Shown here one piece after another: positions 46,501 through 55,597 of a stretch of 64,000 nucleotides of DNA. Source of the stretch: a virus. The notes beneath the pieces are model-generated. The model saw only the letters and a program-made list of their open reading frames with translations. It ran no database searches and was not told the DNA's origin. The position numbers and the translations under genes are program-made. The DNA is taken from positions 35,610 through 99,609 of the IMG/VR virus record IMGVR_UViG_3300005613_000018. One strand, written 5' to 3'. Every line of letters starts with the position of its first letter. Position 1 is the first letter of the stretch.

Positions 46501-49500
46501 TATGATTCTTCAGATACTGGTGATATTACAACTGTAAATTCATACGATAATTTTGATTACTCAACAGAAATTGGATCAACTAAATCTGGAATTAGATGTT
46601 CGGATATTATTGATGCTAGACTTCGTACATCCGGATTTACTGTATCTGAAAATACTAGATCTCCATTTGAATTTTTTGGAAGATCATTTACTAGTGGTCA
46701 ACACAGTTCTAAAGATATTTTAGCTTCAGATGAATCAATCACAGTAGATTATTCTTATTATCTTCCAAGATATGATAGTATTTTAATCACTAAAAAGGGT
46801 GAGTTTGTAGTCAAACAAGGAATTCCATCAGATATTCCTACTCTTCCTACAATTAGTAGTGGGACAATGGAAATCGCTAATGTATTTCTTCCAGCATATC
46901 TTTACAGTGTTTCAGATGCTCAAGTCTCATTTATCAACCATAAGAGATATCAAATGCAGGATATCTCAAGACTGGAAAGTAGAATTAACAATCTCGAATA
47001 TTATACTTCTCTCAATATTCTAGAACAAAAAACAATCAATCAATTTACTCCTGATGAAAATGGATTAAATCGTTTTAAATCAGGTATAGCTGTTGATAAT
47101 TTCAATACTAGAGATATTCAGGATAATGCAGTTGGTGTTAAAAACGCTATTGATAAATCTAAACATGTATTGAGACCTTCACACTATACTACTGCAATTA
47201 ACTTGAATCTTGCTACGGAAGGAAGTTCGAATGACGATACTAGATTTTCTACAATTATAGGTGATGGCATTAGAAGAACTAATCAGGCAATTTCTCTTGA
47301 TTATTCAGAAGTTTCTTGGTTAAATCAACCATTTGCAACAAGAACTGAATCTGTCACTCCATTTTTAGTTACTTTTTATCAAGGACAATTATCTTTTGAA
47401 CCTACAGTTGACGTTTGGATTGATACTATAACTATTGAGCCAAGAAATATTCAAGGGGGAGTTACTACTACAGACTTATTACCAGTTAATGTCGAAATAA
47501 ACCGCCGGGGTAATAATGAAGATGCTCCAAGAGTTGGTCCACTTCCAGCAGTAATAAATGATGACAGAGAAGCTGCGTGGGGTCGGGGTCGTGAACGTAA
47601 ACCTGAAGAAGGCCGTGGTGGTGGGCCACAACGAGTTGGGAGAAGTACAAGAGAAAGAAGTGAGGCGAATGGAGGTACTTGGAGACAAGGAACTGCAGAA
47701 GAATTTCGGATGTTTGCTGGTGATGCGTCCGCCGATCGCTGGGCCACGATGAATGCTCGGGGTGTTCCAGGATCTTTTATGGTAGAAGTTGGTGGCAATA
47801 ATCAAGTCATAGTAGAACCAGCAACACCCGATCGTACAGTTCAAGTTGGTTTCGAAGAAACAATTACCGAAGGTGAAGTAACAACAGAATCTCTTGGAAA
47901 TAGAATTGTTAGACGTGAAATTATTGCAAACATGAGAACTCGTAATATCGAGTTCACTGCGAAAAGGATGAAACCTTATACAAGAGTCTATTCTTTTTGG
48001 GATGAGGTTGATGTAACAAGATTCTGTGTAAACAAATTAATTGAAATCCAAATGGTTTCCGGCACATTCCAAGTTGGAGAGACCGTTCGTAGTAATACAT
48101 CTACATCGATACAAGTGGTTCCTGGAGCTGGATTTGGTCTTCCACAGATGACGTTCAGAGTAGCTTCAACAAATCATAAATCAGGGCCTTATAATAATCC
48201 AACTGACACATATGTAAATAATCCATATGATAGAAATAATAGTATTCCGGCAAGTTATTCGGAAACATCTTCAATTCTCAATATAGACACATTCAGTTTG
48301 GCTGATGAAGGATTCCCAGAATTCTCAGGTTATCTCGCAAATGGAATGACACTACAGGGTGAGACGAGTGGTGCTATTGCAACGGTATCTAATCTCAGAC
48401 TTGTAACTGATGAAGTTGGTTCCTTAATCGGTTGCTATAGAGTACCTGATTCTAGAAATACATCATTCCCGACTTTCTCTACAGGTAGAAATAAAATGAG
48501 GCTCACTAGTAGCCCAACTAATAGTAAAGTTGAGGGAACATATACAACAGCTGCTGATGAAATTTTCTACTCTCAAGGAGATCTTGACACAACTCAGGAA
48601 GTAACACTTTCCACCAGAAATATTATTAGAGAACAAACTCCGATTTTTGAAACTATTCCTGGTACTCCTGAAGTGGTCGAAGTAGGAGATCCTGGACTTA
48701 CAGGAAGATTCACTGACCCTCTGGCACAATCATTTACTGTCGATGATGAAACTGGAATTTTTGTTTCCTCTTGTGATGTATTCTTTGAGTCAGTTCCAAC
48801 AGATAATATTCCAGTAGCTTTTGATATCAGAGAGATGCAATTGGGAATTCCATCTCAAAAAATTCTAGCATATTCAAGAGTAGTAAAAAATTCTCAAGAA
48901 ATTACAACATCATCAGATGGTAGTGTTGCTACAAAGTTCACATTTGAATCCCCAGTTTATTTGGAACCCGGAAGAGAATATGCAATCGTATTGTTAGCAA
49001 ATTCTCCCGGATATAACGTTTGGATTTCTAGACTTGGTGAAATTGAAGTTTCTACTATCAATCAACCAGAATCCTCTCAAACTCTGGTATCTACTCAACC
49101 ACTTCTTGGATCATTGTTCAAGTCACAAAATGCTTCTACATGGACACCAAGTCAGTACGAAGATCTGAAGTTTGAACTTTTTAGATGTGAATTCGTTTCT
49201 AGTGGAAATGTACAGCTATTCAATCCAGATTTGAATAAAGATATTGAATTTATTGGGAGAGATTCAGTAACTACTGACCCATATACAATCAGAGTTGGTC
49301 TTGGAACAACAGTTGTAAATTCCGATTTGAGTAACTTAGTACCAGGAAATACCGTTACACAAAATCTTACACAGGCTACTGGAGACTTTGTTGGATTTGC
49401 TGGTTCTGCGACATCATCACTGACAGTTACAAATGCTGGTGTTGGTTATACACCTTCTTCTGGAAGTTTTGTATTTAATGATGTTGCACTTACAACGGTT

Positions 49501-51186
49501 ACGGGTAATGGTATTAATGCTACTGCCAATGTAACTGTTAATAATGGAAGTGTTTCTTCTGCAACTATCGTAAATGGTGGTGTTGGTTATAGAGTTGGTG
49601 ATGTTGTAACTCCAACTTCTCTTGGAACATTGACTCTTGGAACTGGTATTAGATTATCAATTTCTGAAATTTATGGAGAAAATGAATTAATCATTACCAA
49701 TGTTCAGGGTGAATTTGGAACACTTGCTAGTAATACATTAACTTATGTGAATAGTAGTGGTATTACAACAACATTAAACTATGAAGCAAGTTTTGGAAAT
49801 GGTATTGTACCTGTTTCACCAATCAGAGTTGATACTGATGGAGTACATCTCAAAATTTTCTGTAGAAATCATGGAATGCATTCCGAAACAAATCTTGTAA
49901 CATTAAGTGATATTACTGGAGATACTGATCCAACACCACTAACGGCACCATATGGAATAACAAACACTTCTTCAATTTCGGTTACTGATTCTTCAGATTT
50001 CACCGAATTTGAAAATGTGAGTGTTGCTTCAACAAATCCAGGTTATGTAAAAATTGGTGGTGAAATTATTTCTTATACCGGAACAGATGGAAATACTTTG
50101 ACTGGAATTACTAGAGGAATTGATAGTACTTTAGTTGGTTCTTACAGTTCTAGTGATTTAGTTTATAAGTATGAATTAAATGGAGTATCTTTGAGAAGAA
50201 TTAATAAAACTCATGAGTTAAATGAAGTTACTATTAGTAATCCAATAACTCTTGATTCTTATCATGTAAAAATTGATATGTCTGAGAATGGAACTGATAG
50301 AACAAGCTCTTCAAGTTTCCCAGAACTCCATTTCAATGAAAAATTTGAAGGTGGTGGGGTAAATGGAAAATCTACATATAATATTCAATTTGAAAAGATT
50401 AGTCCAAATATCAACACAATCACACCAACTGGAACATCAATTGATGCTACTTGTAGAACAGTTAGTGGCACTAGTATTTCGGGTAGTGAAATTTCATTTG
50501 TTGATAAAGGAACAGAACCCATGAGTCTTAGTGATGTTACTAGGTTCGATTCTCCAAGAATTATCGCATCTAAAATTAATGAGACTACCTTCTTGACAGA
50601 GTTTCCACAAAATAGATCATTTACAGCAAACTTCAATTTATCAACTGAGGATTCGAGAATTGCACCAATACTTGATTTGAATAATTCTTCTATAGTATTT
50701 ACGACTAATAGGGTCAATCAAGCAACTACTGATTATATTAATGACTTTGATGTGAAAGGTATAAGAAATGACAAGAATAATTTCTATTATGTAACTAAGA
50801 ACATTACTCTCGGAAATCCAGGAACATCTATAGAACTTTACATAGATGCTTACATACACAATCAAGCTGATGTTAGAGCTTTCTACGCTTTAGATCCAAA
50901 GAATGATATTCTTGATACTATTTTCACTCCATTCCCTGGTTATAATAATATAGAACCTAACGGAGCTGTAACCAATACTAATTTGAATGATGGAACTACT
51001 AATGCTCAAGTCTCGAAAGTGGATAGTTTAATTCCAATTCCAATGAGATCTCATTATAAAGAATATAAGTTTAGTGTAGATCGTCTATCATCATTCAATT
51101 CTTTAAGAATTAAACTGATTGGTACTTCTACTAATCAAGCTTTCCCTCCAATGATCAAAAACTTGAGAGTTATATCTTATGCATAA
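43588..51186 (+). CDS. VrlC-like / DUF4815 large virion structural protein
   Basis: LNVAPYFDDF...YYKVLFKPG.PVQARELT.LQSILQNQ, APGADRLK, DPLAQSF and SLFKSQNASTW. Confidence 0.85.
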   Translation: MPQETNLNVAPYFDDFDSQKDYYKVLFKPGFPVQARELTTLQSILQNQVESVGDHLFKEGAMVIPGGLSYQKNFYAIQIDSDYLGIPVTLYLDQLIGKTITGATSGITARVVKYITSSQSERGNCTLYIDYIDSSSTDLSSSTFLDNEVLLTNESINYATTFISAGEGFAKAISQDASAIGSSMSISDGVYFLRGYFVNVSSQTLILDQYSNNSSYRIGFNVVEQIISSDVDESLNDNAKGFNNYTAPGADRLKITATLSKKSSDDYNDQNFIQLAEVKNGVLRDIVTNTEYNIISEEFARRTFEESGNYYVKEFVTKVVNSLNNGFGNRGLFNENQLTPSGNVPSDDIGIYKISPGKAYVRGFEVETISPTLIDFEKPRTTKTLEDQGINFGFGPSFVVNSVNGCPSVGINTSYTISMRDERVGTDYTVTAGKEIGIARLYDFNLKSGSYDSTYPELNKWNISLWDISKYSDITVNESVSLTIPTYIEGRTSGATGYLRHAIVGTAITAYDVEGEFIEGERLLFNGVEDNSRSTREVTNYKISDFQSMHGIVGSGQTFSANFIPSTRLVFGNASITAASNGISTVTAPNADFLGIVKTGNLLGYQRASLDYQSFAKVESVSQTQITISGITTVSGFVDGALPSTTIEVNDLSLLGTTFQQKSPSGNTSPNNSIYSSFSKENISNVSLNDATLIIRRPYDVTITDGSTATITAGENEVFLPYTQKRYTLILDDGTTEILSASKLTFGSGSTNLTVNGLSGSGSAQLVTTIRKDKIFEKVKVNNTSLSTIINKSSQSNSGVGATTLNDGLTYGNYPFGTRVQDSKISLNVPDVVRVFGVFESKTTSDPESPNMTTSLMSGSTSTTNDLIISEQIVGSTSGALAKYIFRKSDTSINFIYENQNTFQNGEVVTFTSSGVTAVVSDLSIGSKNITSRFSLDQAQEETFYDYSRIVRNEDVISPSKKIIVYYQSASYDSSDTGDITTVNSYDNFDYSTEIGSTKSGIRCSDIIDARLRTSGFTVSENTRSPFEFFGRSFTSGQHSSKDILASDESITVDYSYYLPRYDSILITKKGEFVVKQGIPSDIPTLPTISSGTMEIANVFLPAYLYSVSDAQVSFINHKRYQMQDISRLESRINNLEYYTSLNILEQKTINQFTPDENGLNRFKSGIAVDNFNTRDIQDNAVGVKNAIDKSKHVLRPSHYTTAINLNLATEGSSNDDTRFSTIIGDGIRRTNQAISLDYSEVSWLNQPFATRTESVTPFLVTFYQGQLSFEPTVDVWIDTITIEPRNIQGGVTTTDLLPVNVEINRRGNNEDAPRVGPLPAVINDDREAAWGRGRERKPEEGRGGGPQRVGRSTRERSEANGGTWRQGTAEEFRMFAGDASADRWATMNARGVPGSFMVEVGGNNQVIVEPATPDRTVQVGFEETITEGEVTTESLGNRIVRREIIANMRTRNIEFTAKRMKPYTRVYSFWDEVDVTRFCVNKLIEIQMVSGTFQVGETVRSNTSTSIQVVPGAGFGLPQMTFRVASTNHKSGPYNNPTDTYVNNPYDRNNSIPASYSETSSILNIDTFSLADEGFPEFSGYLANGMTLQGETSGAIATVSNLRLVTDEVGSLIGCYRVPDSRNTSFPTFSTGRNKMRLTSSPTNSKVEGTYTTAADEIFYSQGDLDTTQEVTLSTRNIIREQTPIFETIPGTPEVVEVGDPGLTGRFTDPLAQSFTVDDETGIFVSSCDVFFESVPTDNIPVAFDIREMQLGIPSQKILAYSRVVKNSQEITTSSDGSVATKFTFESPVYLEPGREYAIVLLANSPGYNVWISRLGEIEVSTINQPESSQTLVSTQPLLGSLFKSQNASTWTPSQYEDLKFELFRCEFVSSGNVQLFNPDLNKDIEFIGRDSVTTDPYTIRVGLGTTVVNSDLSNLVPGNTVTQNLTQATGDFVGFAGSATSSLTVTNAGVGYTPSSGSFVFNDVALTTVTGNGINATANVTVNNGSVSSATIVNGGVGYRVGDVVTPTSLGTLTLGTGIRLSISEIYGENELIITNVQGEFGTLASNTLTYVNSSGITTTLNYEASFGNGIVPVSPIRVDTDGVHLKIFCRNHGMHSETNLVTLSDITGDTDPTPLTAPYGITNTSSISVTDSSDFTEFENVSVASTNPGYVKIGGEIISYTGTDGNTLTGITRGIDSTLVGSYSSSDLVYKYELNGVSLRRINKTHELNEVTISNPITLDSYHVKIDMSENGTDRTSSSSFPELHFNEKFEGGGVNGKSTYNIQFEKISPNINTITPTGTSIDATCRTVSGTSISGSEISFVDKGTEPMSLSDVTRFDSPRIIASKINETTFLTEFPQNRSFTANFNLSTEDSRIAPILDLNNSSIVFTTNRVNQATTDYINDFDVKGIRNDKNNFYYVTKNITLGNPGTSIELYIDAYIHNQADVRAFYALDPKNDILDTIFTPFPGYNNIEPNGAVTNTNLNDGTTNAQVSKVDSLIPIPMRSHYKEYKFSVDRLSSFNSLRIKLIGTSTNQAFPPMIKNLRVISYA

Positions 51187-51412
51187 TAAAAGACTTATAC
51201 CGGTAAAGGATAGTAAAGGTCTCTTCAGAGATGAAGAGACTGGAGCTATTCTTAATAAAAATGATATTGAATACTCAACTTATATTGAAAATAGAAAGAA
51301 ACTTCTTTCTGACAAAGAAAGAATTAATAATTTAGAAAATCAATTAACTGATGTTAAGAGTGATATCAAAGACATTAAAGACTTGCTTCTTAAAGCCCTT
51401 AAAGATATCTAA
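51179..51412 (+). CDS. Small coiled-coil protein preceding gp13
   Basis: LFRDEETGAILN motif; position before the neck genes. Confidence 0.75.
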   Translation: MHNKRLIPVKDSKGLFRDEETGAILNKNDIEYSTYIENRKKLLSDKERINNLENQLTDVKSDIKDIKDLLLKALKDI

Positions 51413-51439
51413 AGCTTTCTCTTTAACCCCAACAAAGGT

Positions 51440-51468
51440 ATTCTACTGGTGATACTACTTCTTGTCAA
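51440..51468 (-). promoter_or_regulatory. Antisense sigma70-type promoter TTGACA-17-TAGAAT
   Basis: tgtcaa at 51463-68 and attcta at 51440-45 on + strand. Confidence 0.65.
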
Positions 51469-51503
51469 GTATTCATAAATAGATAAAAAAGTAATTATTA
51501 TAA

Positions 51504-52349
51504 ATGGCACAGCCTTCTACACGACAAGAATTAATTGATTATTGTTTAAGGCAGTTAGGAGCTCCTGTTCTTGAAATTAATGTTGCTGATGAACAGATTC
51601 AGGATTTAGTTGATGATGCTGTCCAATACTTTCAAGAAAGGCACTTTGATGGTGTCATTCAGACATATTTGAAATATAAAGTTACACAGGCTGATATTGA
51701 TAGAGGAAAAGCTCGTCCTACTACTGGAACTGGGATAACAACTGAAACATCTACTACAACAATAGTTGGTACTGCTACTACTTTTTCATACTATGAAAAT
51801 AGTAATTATCTTCAAGTTCCTTCAGATATTATAGGAATCAATAAAGTATTTCAGTATGATGATGCTCAATCTGTAAGCTCATCAAATATGTTTAGTTTTA
51901 AATATCAGTTATTTTTGAATGATATTTATTACTGGGGAACTACTGATTTGTTGAGTTATTCTATGGCTATGTCATATCTTGAGACCATGAATTTTCTTCT
52001 CAATACACATAAACAGATTAGATTTAATCAAAGACAAGACAGAATGTATTTGGATGTTGACTGGAGTAACTTAAGAGCTGGTCAATATTTGATTATTGAT
52101 TGTTGGAGATCAATGGATCCAAGTGATTATTCAAGAGTTTGGAATGATTCTTTCTTGAAACCTTATTTGACCGCATTGATTAAAAGACAATGGGGTCAAA
52201 ATTTGATCAAGTTTCAAGGTGTAAAACTTCCAGGTGGTATTGAGTTTAATGGAAGACAACTTTATGATGATGCTCAGTTGGAACTTGATAGAATTAAAGA
52301 AAAAATGAGTAGTACTTATGAAATTCCTCCACTAGACATGATCGGATAA
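51504..52349 (+). CDS. gp13: Neck protein gp13
   Basis: RQELIDYCLR.LGAPVLEINV...QWGQNLIKF.GV.LPGG; CATAAATA upstream. Confidence 0.93.
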   Translation: MAQPSTRQELIDYCLRQLGAPVLEINVADEQIQDLVDDAVQYFQERHFDGVIQTYLKYKVTQADIDRGKARPTTGTGITTETSTTTIVGTATTFSYYENSNYLQVPSDIIGINKVFQYDDAQSVSSSNMFSFKYQLFLNDIYYWGTTDLLSYSMAMSYLETMNFLLNTHKQIRFNQRQDRMYLDVDWSNLRAGQYLIIDCWRSMDPSDYSRVWNDSFLKPYLTALIKRQWGQNLIKFQGVKLPGGIEFNGRQLYDDAQLELDRIKEKMSSTYEIPPLDMIG

Positions 52350-52350
52350 T

Positions 52351-53745
52351 ATGTTAAATCCATTTTTTCTCAACGGAAGTAAAACAGAACAAAGCCTCAT
52401 ACAGGATTTAGTCAACGAACAGTTGAAAATGTATGGTGTTGAGATTTTTTATCTTCCTCGTACTTATGTGACTAAAAATACTGTAATAAAAGAAGTTATT
52501 CAGTCAGAGTTTAATGACGCATATCCAATTGAGGCTTATGTTGATAGTTATGAAGGATATGGTGGCCAGGGAACTATTTTATCAAAATTTGGTATTCAGA
52601 ATTTAGATGATCTGACATTAATTATTTCAAGAGAAAGATATGAAAACTATATTGCTCCATTAATTAGAGATCAACCTAATATTGAATTAACTGCAAGACC
52701 AAAAGAAGGTGATTTGATATATTTTCCTCTTGGTGATAGGATATTTGAAATTAAGTATGTAGAACATGAACAACCTTTCTATCAATTAAATAAAAATTAT
52801 GTCTATCAATTGAGATGTGAACTCTTCAGATATGAAGATGAAGTTCTTGATACTGGTATTGATGAAATTGATGACGATATTTCACAGATTGGTTATATTC
52901 AAACTTTAACACTGATAGGATCTGGAGTTACAGCTTCTGCTACAGCTTCCTATTGTGCTTCTGGTTCAGTTAGAAAAATTTATATTACAAATATGGGAGG
53001 TTCTTATACTTCTCAACCAACAATCGGTATTTCTTCAGCACCATCTGGAGGAATTACAGCTGTTGGAATAGCTTCTATTACGACCAACTATGTAAATTGT
53101 AATGGTCAAAACGGTGGTAAAATACAAGCTATTAACCTAATTAATGCTGGTTGTGGATATACTGTTGCTCCTTGGGTCACTATTCAAGGTGGTGGAGGAG
53201 TTGGTGCTGCTGCTACCGCTGGAATAACAACGGGATCTGTTGGAGTTGTAACAGTAACAAGTGGTGGTTCTGGATATACTTCTGCTCCAACTGTCACATT
53301 CAGTTCACCAGGTGGATCTGGAACTGCTGCTCAAGGTATATCAACAATTAGTTCTGCTGGTATTGTTACGGCAATTTATATTACTGATAGTGGAGTTGGT
53401 TATTCTACTGCTCCAACCATTACAATTTCTGGTCCAGTTGGATCTTCAAGTACAATTGGAATTGGTACATTTGCTTTTAATGAAATTGTTACGGGACAAA
53501 CTTCTGGTGTCACGGCTAGAGTGAAAAAATGGACTACATCAACTAAAAAATTAGAAATTTCTATAGTTGATGGTCAGTTTGTCAGTGGCGAACTGATTGT
53601 TGGTCAAGATTCTAGTGCTACATATCTAATCGGAACCGTAGATACTGATGATTTAGTAACACCTTTTGCTGATAATGATACTATAGAAACAGAAGCCGAT
53701 GCGATATTAGATTTCTCTGAAACTAATCCATTTGGAATGCCATAG
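52351..53745 (+). CDS. gp14: Neck protein gp14
   Basis: EQ.LIQDLVNEQ..MYG....YLPR, RPKEGDLIYFP, PFYQL and DFSETNPFG. Confidence 0.93.
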   Translation: MLNPFFLNGSKTEQSLIQDLVNEQLKMYGVEIFYLPRTYVTKNTVIKEVIQSEFNDAYPIEAYVDSYEGYGGQGTILSKFGIQNLDDLTLIISRERYENYIAPLIRDQPNIELTARPKEGDLIYFPLGDRIFEIKYVEHEQPFYQLNKNYVYQLRCELFRYEDEVLDTGIDEIDDDISQIGYIQTLTLIGSGVTASATASYCASGSVRKIYITNMGGSYTSQPTIGISSAPSGGITAVGIASITTNYVNCNGQNGGKIQAINLINAGCGYTVAPWVTIQGGGGVGAAATAGITTGSVGVVTVTSGGSGYTSAPTVTFSSPGGSGTAAQGISTISSAGIVTAIYITDSGVGYSTAPTITISGPVGSSSTIGIGTFAFNEIVTGQTSGVTARVKKWTTSTKKLEISIVDGQFVSGELIVGQDSSATYLIGTVDTDDLVTPFADNDTIETEADAILDFSETNPFGMP

Positions 53746-53787
53746 ATTAAAAGTTGTTAAATAGTAATAGACTAATACCGTAAGATA

Positions 53788-54792
53788 ATGTTTGAGTATT
53801 TTTATAACGAGATTTTCAGATCCGTAATTATTGGATTTGGTACTTTGTTTAATGGAATTGAAGTCAAACATAAAAACTCTGACGATGATACGGTAAGTGT
53901 TATCAAAGTTCCTTTGGCTTATGGACCTACTCAGAAGTTTCTTGCAAGAATGGAACAAGAGGCTAATTTAAATAAGCCAACTCAAATGACTTTACCGAGA
54001 ATGTCATTTGAATTTGTAAACTTACAGTATGATCCAACTCGTAAGTCTACTCAAACTCAAACAATTATTAATCAAACACCTGACGGGGATAATATTAAGA
54101 AGAGTTATGTTCCCGTTCCTTATAATATGTCATTTACTTTGTCTATTATGACAAAATTGAATGATGATATGCTTCAAATTATTGAACAGATTTTGCCATA
54201 TTTTCAACCGGCATATAATCTTTCAATTAATTTTCTTGGTGATCTAAAGGAAAAAAGAGACATTCCAATTCAATTGGATTCTATTGATATGACTGATGAT
54301 TATGAGGGTAATTTTGATACTAGAAGATCATTAATTTATACTTTAAACTTTACTGCAAAAACTTATTTGTTCGGTCCTATCAGCGACGTTACGGATCAGA
54401 TCATCAAAAAAGTTACTGTTGGTTATGTGGCTGGAAGTGGTCCAAGAGATCCAAACGCTACAAGAGATCTTACTTATCAGGTCACACCAAGAGCTACAAA
54501 AGATTACAATGGAAGTGTTGTAACACTCTTATCACAAAACTTAAATCTTGTTGATACTGTTTTTGAAGTTGAAGATTCGAGTTCTGTTACATCAAACACT
54601 TACATTTACATTGGTGAAGAAGAAATGTATGTGGAGTCAATTACTGGCAATAAACTTGTAGTCAAGAGGGCTCAAGATAATACGACATTACAGAATCATG
54701 TTCTTGGATCTAAGATTTATAGTATTACTTCTGAAGATAATAACCTAATTCAATTCGGAGATGATTTTGGATTTAATGGTGATATTTTTTGA
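53788..54792 (+). CDS. gp15: Tail sheath stabilizer / tail terminator gp15
   Basis: YFYNE...FGTLFN, VPLAYGP.QKF, LPRMSFE and EQILPYFQP. Confidence 0.93.
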   Translation: MFEYFYNEIFRSVIIGFGTLFNGIEVKHKNSDDDTVSVIKVPLAYGPTQKFLARMEQEANLNKPTQMTLPRMSFEFVNLQYDPTRKSTQTQTIINQTPDGDNIKKSYVPVPYNMSFTLSIMTKLNDDMLQIIEQILPYFQPAYNLSINFLGDLKEKRDIPIQLDSIDMTDDYEGNFDTRRSLIYTLNFTAKTYLFGPISDVTDQIIKKVTVGYVAGSGPRDPNATRDLTYQVTPRATKDYNGSVVTLLSQNLNLVDTVFEVEDSSSVTSNTYIYIGEEEMYVESITGNKLVVKRAQDNTTLQNHVLGSKIYSITSEDNNLIQFGDDFGFNGDIF

Positions 54793-54805
54793 TAGGAGAT
54801 GAGTT

Positions 54806-55231
54806 ATGAAAGATAAGTTTGAAAAATTGGATGAAACATTTGATGTTGATGTGACACCCATTGTGCCCGAAAAGAAAAAGATTGAGAGTGAAATAGAAAA
54901 TATTTCTTCTTCTGTTGAAGATATTCGAAAAGATTATGAATATACTAGGGGTAATCTATATTCTCTGATTGAGAAAGGTCAAGAGGCTATTAATGGAATA
55001 CTTGAGTTAGCACAAGAAAGTGAAATGCCTCGTGCTTATGAAGTTGCCGGTCAGTTAATCAAGAGTGTTTCAGACGCTACTGACAAACTGATGGATTTAC
55101 AGAAAAAACTTAAAGATGTTAATAAGGAAGAAGAGACAAAAGGTCCAACCAATGTTACAAATGCACTCTTTGTTGGATCAACTGCAGAACTTCAAAAACT
55201 TTTAAAAAAGAATATAGATATAGAAAACTGA
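54806..55231 (+). CDS. gp16: Terminase small subunit gp16
   Basis: DYEYTRGNLY.LIEKGQEAI...PRAYEV...NALFVGSTAELQK. Confidence 0.93.
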   Translation: MKDKFEKLDETFDVDVTPIVPEKKKIESEIENISSSVEDIRKDYEYTRGNLYSLIEKGQEAINGILELAQESEMPRAYEVAGQLIKSVSDATDKLMDLQKKLKDVNKEEETKGPTNVTNALFVGSTAELQKLLKKNIDIEN

Positions 55232-55259
55232 TAAATACATAGAGTAGGATTGGTGTGTT

Positions 55260-55595
55260 ATGTCGGCAGTACCAACGGTAAATATATCGATTGATAGTGG
55301 TACTAACTTTACTGCCACATATACGATTTCGAATTCAGATGGCAGTGTTTTGGATTTGACTGGATATACCGCAACATCGAAGATTAGAAAATATCCAACT
55401 TCAACGACTTCTAGTAGTTTTTCTGTAGGTATAGCTTCAACTACAGGAAAGATTACAATTTCTATGGGAAGTACTTCAACAACTGATTTGACTGAAGGTA
55501 GAAATTATTATGACATTACAATTACATCTCCTTCTAGCACTATTTCAAAAGTTATTCAGGGGATGGCTATAGTAAATCCAACTGTGTCTGAATAG
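55260..55595 (+). CDS. Small virion structural protein
   Basis: [10 protein letters not shown]...LDLTGYT...GRNYYDI; ATAAATA at 55231. Confidence 0.7.
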   Translation: MSAVPTVNISIDSGTNFTATYTISNSDGSVLDLTGYTATSKIRKYPTSTTSSSFSVGIASTTGKITISMGSTSTTDLTEGRNYYDITITSPSSTISKVIQGMAIVNPTVSE

Positions 55596-55597
55596 TA

